Assembly: GCA_012295275.1 (NCBI GenBank)
Contig: CM022667.1
Coordinates: 11,470,001 to 11,534,000, forward strand
Source of the DNA: Chrysomallon squamiferum
Taxonomy: Eukaryota > Animalia > Mollusca
DNA: 64,000 bases
Direction of reading: 5' to 3'
Position numbers and translations under genes: made by a program
In this document: piece by piece, positions 30,124 to 45,207 of the stretch
Layout: each line of letters opens with the position of its first letter
Position numbering within the stretch: position 1 is the stretch's first letter
The notes under the pieces: model-generated
Seen by the model: only the letters and a program-made list of their open reading frames with translations
Told to the model about the DNA's origin: nothing
The model's database searches: none

Positions 30124-31788
30124 ATATACATACTGACACACAGACAAAAAACAGTTAACTAATTAAACAAAATATGTAAAAAAATTGTACAAAACAATAA
30201 ATAACAAATAAATATAAATAAAATAAATAAATAAATAAATAAATAAATTAAAACATATAAATATGTAAATAAGTAAACAAAGAAATAAATGAAAGAATAA
30301 ATATATTCAGTGTAAACAAACAAATTTAAACTAGAAAACATTTATCTTGTCAATACATTATATCAAAAATAGATTCAAATATAACAGTGGCATTTTAGAA
30401 TTACACAGTGTCTATAACAGAAAATATACAATTTATATCTTATAAACAAGAAATATTAAACTTTTACTTGGAGGTCATTAAACCATGTTTTTTTTCCTAT
30501 TCACTACATCAGCCTAACACTGATATTCTTAAACACAGGTGTGTATATATTACCTGTGAAGTTTTAATGGGTTGAGCTGCAGGTGTTTCAAATTTGGTAC
30601 AGAGTTTGTTAAAGAGTTTTAGAATGCACTCTAAGTTTATCACATCACTGAGAATATTAGTTTGATTCTGTGCATCCAAGTGGGTTAATAGGCTGTAAAA
30701 GATATAAGAGAGAAAATGCATAAATAAAACAAATAATTTTTGGAACTAAGTATATACTTATATAACTGAGCAAATAAGTAAACAAGTATATAAATACATT
30801 AATAAATAAAAAAATAAAAAAATAAATAAATAAGAAATTAAATAAAGAAAGAAAAAGGGAAAATGTCAGTAAATTAAAAATAAACAATTAAATATATGTT
30901 GAATAAATAGTTATAAAATTAAATAAAATAAAAATAAAAATAATGTAATTAAATGAAATTAAAATAAAGTAAAAATAAAGTAAAAAATGGTGAATAAAAA
31001 TAAACAAAAAATATTGAAAAAAATAAAAATAATAATAATAATATACAGAGAAATAAATAAAACCAAACAAAAGAAAACAAAATAAATAATATACAGTGAA
31101 ATAAATAAAGACTACAAAAACAGAAAATCATCTAATAAAATACCTGAGAAATGTATGACATCTACAAGCATCTGTTATCAACAAACTGCCAATCATATCT
31201 TTCTGTCTTTTCTCTTGCAGAAGTAAAGCCAAAATACTGTGATGAGAACACAATGACTTCAGAAATATTCTTCTTAATGCAACGACATCACTGTTCTTCT
31301 GAAATTTGAATGGAAACAAGAAGAGGAAAAAAGAAAAAAATGAAATTGGATAAGAAAATATCAATAAATGAGAAACAGTAGTTGATGAAATGATAGTGGT
31401 AGTAGTTGCAGCTGTGATGGTAATAATGGTAGTGGTAACAGTAGTGACTGTGGTAGATGTGTATTAGAAACAGCAATATGAGTAGTAATTATAATAGTAG
31501 AAGTAGTATTAGTAGTAACTGTAGTAGTGGTAGCTGCAGCAGTAGTGTCAACAGCAACAATGGTAATAGTAATAATGGAAATGATACAAATAGCAATAAT
31601 AATATTTTTAAAAAATGTTCTTGTTGTTTTAATTATAATTATTATTCATAATTACTAATACAGATATATATTTACAACTCACCTCCAACAAAGAGACAAA
31701 TCTACTCAAATAGGAGAGAAGTATGTCACAGAATGATACCATGACCTAAACAAAACAAAATATAATAAATAAATAAATAATAGTAATA

Positions 31789-31861
<73 letters not shown>

Positions 31862-34516
31862 TAATAATAATAACAGTAATGAGGATGATGAGGATGATGA
31901 TCATGATGATGATCATGACATTGATGGTGATAATAATAATAACAACAACAACAAAACAAAAAACAAATTACAATTAAAAATAGAAATAAAAAGCCATAAA
32001 TAAAATAAAATAATTTCATTAATAATTCTTAACCAACAGGTCAACAATCTATAAAATCTGTTACTATAGAACTAAAAAATAGTGGGAATCAACCTTCTAC
32101 TTTAAACATTGATAAAAAAAAAACCCAATTAAACCAATTCCTAATTATTTTAAACATCCATACTACTGACAATAATACTTACATCAAGATGGTGTTTTTG
32201 TGCTGTAGATATTAAACTCTCTAGGACACTGACATGTTTTTTAGTCACAGCCGCAGCAAACAGTTCTGCAGCAAATAACCAAGATGGCTGACCAGATGGA
32301 ACAGGATTTAAACTTTTTGCTTCCAAACATCTGTAATTTAAAAAAAATTAATTTCTTAAACTAAAATAAGTGAGTTAGAAAACACTGATTCTAAATCATT
32401 AATAAGCAAATTGAAGCAAAACAATGGAAACAAATAAAATTAAAATAATCATTATATGGACAGATAGAGAAATGGAGTCAGATACTCAGACATACTGAGT
32501 GACAGATGGGGAGTCAGACTGTAAGATTTGAAAATGATCTTCATAAACAAAAACAGGCAATCCATTAAATATACTGGATAAATTAACATGAGCAACAGAC
32601 CTTTCAAACATTCATGGGTTTTTGTGTAACAGCAATTATTTTAATTCCATCACAGACTGCTGACTTTTACATAAAACCAGCAAGGAATTTTTTACATGCA
32701 CTTTTTCCAAACATGAAAAACTAATATCAAAACTCTAATACAAAATAAATAAAAACTAAAAATAAAACCATCATCTGAAACCAGAAACTCAGGTTTTTTT
32801 TTCTTTTGGGAGTCAGGATGTATTCTTAATGATCAACATGAACCTCAAACAATGCTTTAGATATATCATTTAGATGAACTGTTGATCTAATATTTATTCA
32901 GTTTCATTGATTTAAAAATAAAATGTAAATATTTACATATACATTAAAAAAACACACAAAAAGCCCCCATTTTAAAAAAAACAAAAAATTTATTAATGTG
33001 GGTCCAAACGATTTTTAATTTTTTTTTCTCTTGTTTATGAAGGAAATGTGCAATTTCCTGTTCTCGGTTTGTCTGTGGTAAAGATTTCTTTGAACTGAAA
33101 CTTGAGGATATTTCTACTTGGATTAATATGTGTTATCACAAAGATGAAGTAGTAATAGACTGGCAATCTGAGGGTTATTGAAGAGTCATTATTTTCAAAC
33201 TGTATTTGCTGTTGGCGGGAATTTTTGTTTCTGTTTTGTTATTATTATTCTTAAAAATGTGTTATGATAGCCAATTCTGTTTAGTGCTAAGTAATTATTA
33301 TGTGTTGTTGTTATTATTAATCTTCTTACCATTCTCCTCTCTCTCGTGGCTATGATGATTATTACTGTTATTATTATCATTGTTGCGGTTCTTGTTATTA
33401 TTTATTTATTTATAAATTTATTTATTTGTTTATTTATTTATTTTATTGCTAGAGCCTGATGCATTTGCATAATAATTTTAAAAAAAGTTTATAGAAAGAT
33501 AAAATATTTACTGATTTGCATGTATTTATCTAGTTTTGTTTTAATTTTTTCTTAGTGATATGTACATTCACACTAACATAACAAAACATAAAGAAAAAGA
33601 CAGTCAATGAGAATGAGAGAGAAAGAGAGACAGACAAATAAACTCTATATATACATCTTCAGATACTTTCATAGACATATCGATGCAATCTAGATAATTT
33701 TAGTTTATAAATGAAGACATTTACTTGTATAAGTATTTAGTTACCTTTGAAATGTGAGTTTTACTTCATACAGATGAGAAAACAGTTTATTTTCTTCTTC
33801 ATTCCACGAAGACAGCAGAGACTTGACTGTATCCCAGTGAATCTAAAATCAACAAAATAAATATTTATAACACATACACACACACACACACACACACATT
33901 ACAGGAAATTCCAGAAAATATGAGTAATATCTGATTCCCTTAGGAGACTGATAGTGCAGTGGCTGGAAGCAGATCATCCTCTGATTAGAATAGAAGGAGA
34001 ATTTCAGGAGGGAGACTAGATCATGATGATCACAACCCAACAGTGCCGCAAATAGGGAACATTTATGACTTAATTCCATTGTGAAGACTAGAGCACAAAT
34101 TTGTGTCCAACAGTCCATTCAGCTGTATTATCATTTCCTAACCAACAAACAAGCACGTCTTTAAATATCACAGTTTGTACTTTCTACACTTTGCTCTGTG
34201 GATGCCTAGGTTTCTCTTATCATCAGTTCTAGCCAGATTATTTTCATTTCAGAAACACAAACACACATGCCCATAATCATTATTCAAACATAACTACTAA
34301 TGTTATCATATCTAGGTAAATATATGGTCAACAAAAGAAGCTAATAATAACGCTTTCTAAAATATTTTAAATTTTAAAACCAGTAAAATGTACATTAATA
34401 CTTCTTATTAAGCCTCAGAGGAACAGAATTATGAGAAGGATTAGGTGTAATGTGAATAATAATAATTTAATAACTAGCTGTAACAGAGAATGTTTGTTTT
34501 ATTCCTTGAGAAAGTG

Positions 34517-34567
<51 letters not shown>

Positions 34568-37500
34568 TTAGATTTTCTATTTATTTTATTTATTTATTGT
34601 TAGTGTCATCGTCATCATCATCGTTATTATCATCATTGTCATCATCATCATGATCATTATATATGTACATACAACAGTAGGTGACCTACCAAACAAGAAA
34701 TGGACAGCAATTTGTTCGTTGTGAGTGATTTTAACACATCACTGTAACCAGCAGATCTTGTCAATGTAACCACACTCTACAACAGATAAATAAATATACA
34801 TTAATTCTATATGGTTTAGAAACTGAGTGCATTTTCTAAATTTAATCATTTATTTTTATTTTTATTTTTTTTAATCAAAATTAAATTGTATTTTATTGGG
34901 AAAATTTATTAAGAATCAAATATAACAATTCATGTTTCTGTGCAAACTGCAGAGATACTGAAATTTATTACTCTCTGCAATACAGAAATAAATATTTGTT
35001 TATATTTTTTTATTTTGTTAACAGCATGTAGTTTTATTATAATCTTATCAGTGTTTCCGGTATCTACAATACATAAATATTAATTTTATAAATCTCTAAC
35101 AAAAAAGAAGTGAGTCAAGGATACATTTTTTTTTTTTAAATTTTTTTTTAATCTCAATATTTAATTTTATTTTAAACACATATCATGTATTAGATATAAG
35201 GATTTGGAATAAATAAACAAATAAATAAATATGTCAAGGATATATATTTTTTTCTTTTTCTTTTTTTTTAAATTTAGTATTTTTTTTTTTAAAACAGATA
35301 TCATGGTATCAAATACAGTAGCACCTTGATTTTTGAGTGCCCCAAATCACAAGTTTTCTGAGTTGCAAGCGAGCTTCAGATATGCCACCGCTAGTTGGCG
35401 CAACGAACAACATAACATCCAGCCAGCATCCTGCATCTCACTTGTTTACTTCACATAGTTACCTTTGCTGTGGAAGCATCTCTGTTGTGTTGTGTTTGCA
35501 TTTTGTGCAGTATTGTGCCAAATTTCTCTTTTCTGACTATGGATCGTAAGAAAGTGAGTCCAAAGGACAGTGCTGAGAAGAAGACGCGGATGATGTCCAT
35601 TGAATTAAAGCATGAAGTCACAGAAAAACATGAGCAAGGTGTACATGTAGTAGACTTGGCTAGTCAGTACAAGCGTAGTACTTCTATGATATGTACTATA
35701 CTGAAGCAGAAAGACTCGATAAAGGCTGTAACTCCAGCCAAAGGCGTTAAAACAATTTGTCTGATCTCCAAGATAAATACACTTTACAAAACCAATATAT
35801 TTCTTTACATTCTGTTTTATTTTGTTTTTACACAATATTTGTCATTTATAAACACATTTTTCTTATTCAACAAAAATGGGGTGGTTTTGGACGGCTGGAA
35901 TGGATTAATGGTATTTCAGTTAATTTCAGTTGGGAAAATTGAATTGATATACGAGCAAATTTAGTTATGAGCTCAGTCACAGAATGAATTAAACTCGTAA
36001 GTCAAGGTACCACTGTATAAGGATTTGGAATTGCATAATTTTTAGTGTAAAATCAAGTTGCTGTGTATGAAAAACATTTTTGATGCTGATGTTGTTTGTT
36101 TACCTGTAGAAGATAGGATGTGACAGAAATAGGCAGTGCACAGTCTTCAACCAAACAAACCTTCAAAAAAAAAAAAAAAAAAAAAAAATACAGGTACATA
36201 AATAAATAAATAAATAAATAAATAAAAAAAATTAAAATATCAGTATGAATAAATACAAACTAAATAAATAAAAAAATTTGAATAAAATACAAACAAGTAA
36301 ATACACAACTAACTAAATTAATAAATTAATAGATAATTTTTTTTTTAGAAATATATAATAAATAAATAAATAAATAAATAAATTGTAAAAGTTTAAACAT
36401 TTCTATCTAGGATGTGACATAAGACAACTGAATGAGTGAAACAATCTTTAATTACATCACAGCACAAAGTTACATTAATTCATTGATCACCATTATATAT
36501 AAATACATTAATAATTTAATAAACCTATTTTTAATTAAAATCAAACAGTTTTATGGCTATTTAACAACAGGTTTTACAATTACCAAGGTAAATAAATAAA
36601 ATATTTCCATTCAAAATACAATAAAATATAATGCAGTTTAAATAAAACAACTTACAAAATGAAGTTCGATACAGGATACCACTTCTTGAATTGTCTGTTC
36701 ATCTGGTAAAACATGCAACTCGTTTGACAAAAACAAATAAGGAGGAAGAAGACGAATTATCCTAAAAAACAAAATTTAAATGAATAAATAAACTGGAAGA
36801 AAGAAAGAAAGAAAGAAATGAAGAATTATGAAAAGGAGGACAAAATGCTGGAAATAATGAAATGAAGCAAATTCAAGAAAAAAGGGACAAAGGAAAGAAT
36901 TAAAGGAAGGAGAGAAAAATAAAGGAATGAATGAAGGAATATTTCTTTATTATGGGATTCTTTAGTCATTTATCTTTGATAGTAAGAAGAAATAAGTCTA
37001 ATGGCATTGTATTATTAGACATCAGCCTTTTCTAACAATAAAGTATGGCAATAAAAGATGATGCATGGAGGGTGATATTTTACTGTTTTCATTTACTACA
37101 TATTATTTTGTATAGAAATGTATAATAATGACAATAAAAACAACATCAAACAAAATAACACTAATAAATAGCAATAATAATAACAACAACAATAACATTA
37201 ATAATAATAACAATAATAATAATAAAAGTAAAACAAACTTGTATATGCTGTCAAACTGTCTTATAAGCAGAAATTTATTGTTTATTTTTTTAAATTTTTT
37301 TTATTATTATTATTTTTTTTTTTTATTTTATATTTTTTAATTCTGTATACCTGTAGAAAATGCAGACTTTGGCTTGTTTCTGACACAAGCTGTTGGAGTC
37401 ACCAGAACTGAGAAATGCATCTAGTTGCCATAGCAACCATGGAACACTGAGTTTATCTTCTGTGATGTCTCTTAAATGGTGAACAAACAGCTGAAATAAA

Positions 37501-40500
37501 TAAATAAATAAATAAAATTAATTATCTGAAAATACAAAAATAGGATTCCACACAGAAAGATAGCAAGAAATTCACATTCAATCTATGATGTTCATACTGA
37601 CAAACACACATACAAACATACATACACACATAAACAAATTAAAAAATAAAACATAAAACACAAAACTATTTGTTACTGCAGTACATTTCAGAAGAATAGA
37701 AACAGCATTATTAGTAATCAATTTGTATTTTTTTTTACCTGTAAGAAAGATAAAAATTCCAAAGAGCTTGTCCTACTAGAGTGGTCTCCCTTCTTCTTGC
37801 ACTCTTTACAAACAGGAAGATGATCACATGATGACCTTTTTTCATGCAAATGGAAGAAAAACAAAAAAATTAATTAAGACAATAAACTAATAAAAAAACA
37901 AAAATAATGATGAAATTATCCAAGACATAAACAGAAAAAGAAATATAACTGATAAATAATCCATTAAGTGAAGTCAGGAAAAACAAAAATTACAGCAAAT
38001 ATTAATTAATACTGACATGTTTTGAATAACATGTTTTAAACAGACACTTCAACCACATCCTTACTACTATATACTATTAATCAGTTTAAATAATACTTTT
38101 TAAATCATATTAAATTTAAACAAAAGCTGTCACCATAATGATATATACTGCTTTTATAAAAAAAATAAAAAATGAAGCTAGTGCATGAAAATATGGTTTT
38201 AATAAATGTAATAAAAACATTTATTTTTTTTTTCCTCAAAAAATTCTTGAAATATATATACATATACATAGATAGATAGATAGATGGATAGAGGGACAGA
38301 GAGATAGATATATAGATAGATAGATATATAAAATTAATCTACTGGTTTATACTATAACAATAGTTTCATGGCAATATAATGGACTCAGTCTGTATAGTTA
38401 TTTTGCCATGAGGATATTAACACAAACTTTTTTTTAAATACAAGACTAAAGCAAAGAGACTACATTTTATTTAACATATAATTCATAATCTTTAAAGTCT
38501 ATGTCTACATGACATAACATGTCACTGAGTTCATCATTTTCTTAGTAATCGACACATCAACATAGAAAAAATAATGGCATACCTCAAATGACTATTCAAA
38601 ACTGCTTGAAAGAGAACAGAAGAAAATCTAGTATAGTTGTAGTTAAAACCTCCTTCATTTTCTGATTTCTGTAGAAAATTCTGGTGAATTGCCCATTCAT
38701 GATAGCTATGTCTGTAAAAAACAGAATAATTTTTTTTTTTCCTTTTTAACAAAAGACCATTATTATTATTGTTGTTATTATTATTATTATTATTTATTAC
38801 TATTTATTACTGTTGTTGTTGTTTGATATTTTTATTGTTATTATTATGCACTTCTATCAAAAATAATGTGTAGTCAATAAAAACAGTGAAATATCAGCTT
38901 CCATCTTTTATTGCCATACTTTATTGTTAGCAAAGATTGATATCTAATAATACAATGCCATTTGACTATTTATGCTTATTACTAAAGATAAACTTTATAT
39001 TTGTTTCTTTTAAATTGACAGAATAAACAGTAGAATATTTGAAGATGTTAAGTTATTTCAGTATTAATATGTGTAAGCTGTTAAATATATTAATTATTCT
39101 GTTTTGATGAGGTGACAGACAGACAAAAGGTGGAACAGACAGACAAACTGAATGAGAATGTGACAGAAATATCTTTACTGTTGTTGTTATTATGATTGTT
39201 TTAAAAGTTTTATTAATACTTTTTTTTAAATTATTATCATGGTTTAGTTTTTCAAGAAATTAATTATAAATCATAAAAATGTAAATGAAAGATCACATGA
39301 GCAATAGCCTCTTAAGTGTTTTCTTACTATCAGTTAAATATATTCATAATTATAAAAGTAATTTAAGTTAATATTGTGTGTGTGTGTGTGTGTGTTTGTG
39401 TGAGTTTGCATGTGCATCTGCATGCATGCAAGAGCTTTCATAAACTAGCAAATTTTTTTTTTTTAAATGTAGGAACAAAAGAAAAATAAACAAATTTACC
39501 GATCAAAGTAACTAAGACAGTCATTTTCAGGTAAAACAGACATTTCAAAGTCTAACCAGCTAGCAAAAGTGATCTGAAATAAATATATTAATCATTTTAT
39601 TTATAAACTGTTTTCAGTATTTACAAGTTGTAATATGAACTAATAACCTAAATATATACTTATTGGTTATGCTAGCAAAAGTGATCTGAAATAAATATAT
39701 TAATCATTTTATTTATAAACTGTTTTCAGTATTTACAAGTTGTAATATGAACTAATAACCTAAATATATACTTATTGGTTATGCTATGTGTATCAGTTTT
39801 ACTGTTTGGGTGTTTCTTTCTGGGGGATATTTTGTTTATTTATTTGTTGTTGTTGGGTTTTTTTGGTTATTGTTGGTTTTTTCATTCACATGCTCTTTTA
39901 CTGCAGTGAGTTTTCATATAATTATATATACTTTTATTTATTTATTTAAATTTCTTTTTCTTTTTTTTTTGTTAAAGTATAATTTAAATATTAATAGTTT
40001 CAATTCTTTTTAATTCTTATATTTGAAATAAGTTTTTAATATTAATAATCACATTTTAAAAATTTAATAATTTATAATCAAAATTTTACAAATAATAATT
40101 AGATCTAGTCTTAAATGATTATGACTCTTTTAAAGTTTGCTACTAAAATTGTTTTTAAATATATATAATTACACTGGATTCTTTCAAGCACTGTTGGAAC
40201 TTGTCTGATAAATATATTGTATGTGGCAGCAACTTTACTTCAGCGCTAACTGTGTCCAAGCTTTTCTGGCTTCTTAATTCTGGTAGAAATCTCCAACACA
40301 AAAAGGTAAACTGAAACACAGATTAAAACTGTTATTTACATACTTTAATACATATATATATATATATATTTGGTTATTCACTTAAATAACTGAATTTTAT
40401 ATAATCCAGGTATAACATTACATAATCCTAATAGGTCAAGAAATAAATAAAAAATATGTATTTTACAATTGTAATACCTGTTAATGGTGAAACGTGTAGT

Positions 40501-40655
40501 GTTATTTTTCAGTTACTCAGGACAAAGGAAAAAATAAGTATATACCTTTCTAGTGAGATCTGGGGGGATTATTCCATGTTTGTCATCAACGTAAGATGCA
40601 GAAACCTTCTCAAATTGCAGGAAGATAAATTTCAAATACTGAGACCAAAATCTGA

Positions 40656-40687
<32 letters not shown>

Positions 40688-42203
40688 TAATAGCAGAAAT
40701 AGGTGTAGTAGTAGCAGCAGCAGTAATAGTAGTAAAAGTAGTACTAGTAGTAGTATCAGAAGTGGTGGTGTAGTAGTAGGAATAGGAATAATAATAATAA
40801 TAATATTAATAATCATAATATTGATGATGATAATAAATAACGATGACAACATTAATAACACTAATAATAACAGATACTATTATTAAAAACAATACTATTT
40901 TAGTAATAATAATAATAACTAAAAACAATAATTAAAAAAAAAAAAAATAATAATTTTGAAAATCAGTATCCTTCTAATATTAAACACATATTTTAAAAAA
41001 TAACCAAAAATCTCAAAAAGCCAGTATTTTACTACAGAATATTACTTCACAAATTATTTTACAAGATTTATCAATAGCCTCTTCATTCCATGTGTTGTTT
41101 TTACCTCCAACATGTTTTCATTGCTGAAGCATAATTGCAAGGAAAAACAGCCGCAAGTACATCAAGAAAACTTCCAGTGGTGTTGCCATAGCGACAAACA
41201 TGGCAGACATTAACTGTGATGACAGGAAACAATGGCTGCGATACACCAAAACAGGCAGCAAGGGCAGATAACCCTGTTAGGTGATGATCCTTTAAATCTG
41301 AACTCTAAAAGAAATGAGAGAAACACACATATTATATTCAACATATAATTTTATAATGAATTTTTTTTTTTTTTTTTTTTTAAATTTTAAACTGAAATTA
41401 GAGATTTAAAGTTTAGTGTATTGTGTAAGTAATTTTTTGCTGAAAAAATTAACAAAATTTGAATATAAAAGTTGCAATATGATTATATAAACCTAAATAC
41501 AGAAAGAAATACAAATATACATACATGAGATATACATGAGTGTGTGTGTTTGTGTGCATATATGTGTATACACACACACACACAAATGTGTTACACATTC
41601 AAGCACATTTCATATATTAGGATGTTTCTCTATACTGAAAACTAAGATAAATTTGTACATTACACTCCAACATACTCTACTACTTGAAACTTTATATTTT
41701 AAGGTTTAACATAAACTACTACTGACACTGTGTACAAGATGAAAAAATCGTGTGAAGAGAGATTTGTGAATTTTTTCATGATCCGACAACATTCTCGTGA
41801 ACTGCAGAATCCAGGAGATCTGTGGGGAACTGTTCCGAAGGTCAAAGGTCAAACACTTGCAGATGAAGTTTAACAAAATGTCAACAGTCTGAAACAAGAG
41901 AAATGTTTGTGTGAAGGCACCTGACAGACTGAAAATGGATGAATAAATGTTAACTGACATCTCGACATATTTTGATAGTAAATATTAAGTAATTCAGTTA
42001 TCAAACAATTTTTAAAAATTATTATGAAAGTCTTTTATAAACACACCAGTTGAAGAGTTCTGACTAGAATGGGAAATCATGAGCAGTAGTGATAACTATT
42101 ACAGTAATGATTATTATTATTATTATTATTATTACCATTTTTATTATTAATATTACTACTTCTATATTAGTTTTGCTGTTGTTGCTGTTGTTGACATTAT
42201 TAC

Positions 42204-42239
<36 letters not shown>

Positions 42240-43711
42240 CATCCATGAAATATATATGTTTTCTTAAAATTATCCAAAAACGTTTTACACTTCACTTTCT
42301 ATTTAAGCCAAGATACTATTCTATACCACCCCTGTAGTTATTTCAGGTTCTGCCCTGAAAAAACAAACCTGAATGTGTTTGCTCGATATGCTGGGTGATG
42401 GCAGGCTTATTTCCAAGGGAGGTAAGTCAGCTTCAACTTTTTGTGAATTCCTAGGAATGTTCAGTTCAATTTTCTCACTGATGATAGATAACATTTCATT
42501 AACTGAAAAGGAAATATATGATTGATGAGTATGATGATGATTATCAAAATAATACTGATGAATATGAAAATGAAGATAATGATGAAGTGTGTATGATGAT
42601 TATGATGATGTTGATGGCAATGAAGAGTGAGACAACAATATGACTATGGTTATGAGTATGATGATGATGATGATAATGATGAATGATGATAAACATAATG
42701 ATCAGTTAGATTATTATTATTATGACTATATCAACAGTGACTCTAAAATAATAAACTAATTAGAAATTCAAGTCCCAGATAATATTCTTTCAACATTTTA
42801 CAAAAAAGTAATTATTCAATATTATCATTAATAACCTTTGTGAAAGTTTATAAAGTAAGTTTAATAAAAATCAAATTTATAATGTAGACACTTTCTTTTT
42901 AAGATATTTAACACATCCTATCAATAATTAAATTAATTTTTAAAAACCTATTAACCCTCAATATATCCAGTATATAAAAATATTTAGCATACCTTTTTAT
43001 TTATTTGCTGTTTTTGCAAATGACATTAACTATAAACAGACATTTTAAAAATAATAATAATAATAATAAAAAATAAAAAATAGTAATTTGCCTTTTTGTG
43101 CATTTTGATTGGATTCCCCAGATCCAGACTTGATAATCAAGTCTTTTAACTGATCCAGTTTAAGCTGAAGTTGTTCCACTGGATCAAGTATCAGGTCTTC
43201 CATATCATCCTCATCACCTTCAAAAACACCTGCATTACAAAATAAACAATATACCTTCTTAAAGCTTTATTTGTACTTTCATAATTATATTCTCTCTGAT
43301 GTAGATGCATTCACACACACACACACACACTGCAGACATGCAAACAGTCACATAAACATATACAAAGACATACACAATTAAACACATACAAAAACATTTA
43401 CATATATATAGATATCTAATCTTTTTATACATAAAAATGTATATCCTAAAACAAAACAAAGGCAGAAGCAGCCATTTTTCAAAACAAACCTTCAAGAAGC
43501 TGTTGTGTTTCTTTCTTGCATGCTTCTTCGTATCTGTGGTATAAAGTTGAAGGAATTTTGTCACATTTCCTCAAAGCCTCTATCATCAACATTCTTGTGT
43601 CTGGTTTATCTGGAATCTGACAATAATGATGATGATGATGATGATAATGGTAATATTAGTAAAAGTAATAACAATAATAATATAATAATAATAATGGTAA
43701 AAATATTTATG

Positions 43712-43743
<32 letters not shown>

Positions 43744-44784
43744 AGTAATAGTAACAATAATAATAGTAAAAGTAAAAAAATGAAAATAATGATAGCAATA
43801 ATAATGATAATAATAATAATAATAGTAAAAATAAAAATAATGACAGTAATCATCATGATCAACAACAATAATATAACAATAATAATATTAATGTTAATTT
43901 AAAAATGTTTAAAAAAGAGATATGATTACGTCAATGAAAAAAAAAAAAAAAAAAGAAATATTGCAATAATAAATAAATAAATATTCAACAAACAAATAAA
44001 CAAATTATATGAGAATAATACAAACCGGTCTTGGTTTCAACAAAACAGGAAGAAACTTTCCAATGAAATATGGTTTTCTGAAGATGCTGAAAACAAAATA
44101 ACCAAAGTTACAGAAAATAATAGATAAATAATATATAATGAAACCAAAATTAGAAACTCTTCTTGAAATATCAAATATGCATTTGTCCATGTACCATGAA
44201 TGTAAGTGAATGTATATATACTTTTATTTATGTTATAGGATGTAACTTCATATTGAAAACTAAGATAAATTTGTTCATTTTATATTGTAACAAGCTGTAC
44301 TATTTGAAACTTTGTATTTTAAGTTTAACATAAACTACTACTGTCACTGTGTATGAGATGAAATAATCATGTGATAAGAAATCTTGTTTTTTATTTTTTA
44401 TCTATCACTCAATTTATCTTAGTGTTTTTGTATATCTACCTATCTCTATCTCTGTCTTTCTATTGCTCTGTATCTACCTATTTATCTTTCTTTCTATGTA
44501 TTTTTTGTTTTGTTTATCTATATTATTCTTGCCTGGCTTCCATCACACTAGAAGGAATTTTTCCAGTAGATTCAAAAGTTGTCACTGCTGTCATGACATC
44601 TTGTTCACATTTCTGTAAAATTTGGTAAATAAATTTAAAAAAAAGCCACAAAAAACAAACAAGTAAATAAAGAAGGAAATAAATTAAGAAACAAAGAAAG
44701 GAAGGAAGAAGGGAAACAAAAAAGAAGGAAAAAGGTAATAAGTAAAATAACAGAAATTTACTCAAATCTTTTGTTAAATGTATT

Positions 44785-44819
<35 letters not shown>

Positions 44820-45174
44820 GATTATTATATAAACAATAAATTCATTGGAAAAATAAACAAAGAGAACAAACTAAAGTAAATTATAAATTTCACCTCCTTT
44901 GTGGAATCTGAACTGACACTGTTGACAACTCCACTTTCTAAAGATTCCTGTAACATTTAATATATTTAAAATACAAAAATAAGATTTGTGAAGAAACGTC
45001 ATAAATGTTTACATGCAGCAATATGAAATTATTTATTCAGTTTATCAGCATTTTGTTTCATCATTATCATCATTTATTTATTTTTATTCTTGCTACTACT
45101 ACTAATACTGCTGCTTCTACTACTACTACTACTAATACCTCCACCACTATTACTATAATTTCAACAACTATTAT

Positions 45175-45207
<33 letters not shown>

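Noticed and set aside
33900-34210. Complex-sequence island in FANCA intron 32, possibly a decayed transposase fragment or extra exon
   Set aside because: Multiple stops in the frames examined and no recognisable motif; FANCA exons 32 and 33 already join in phase.
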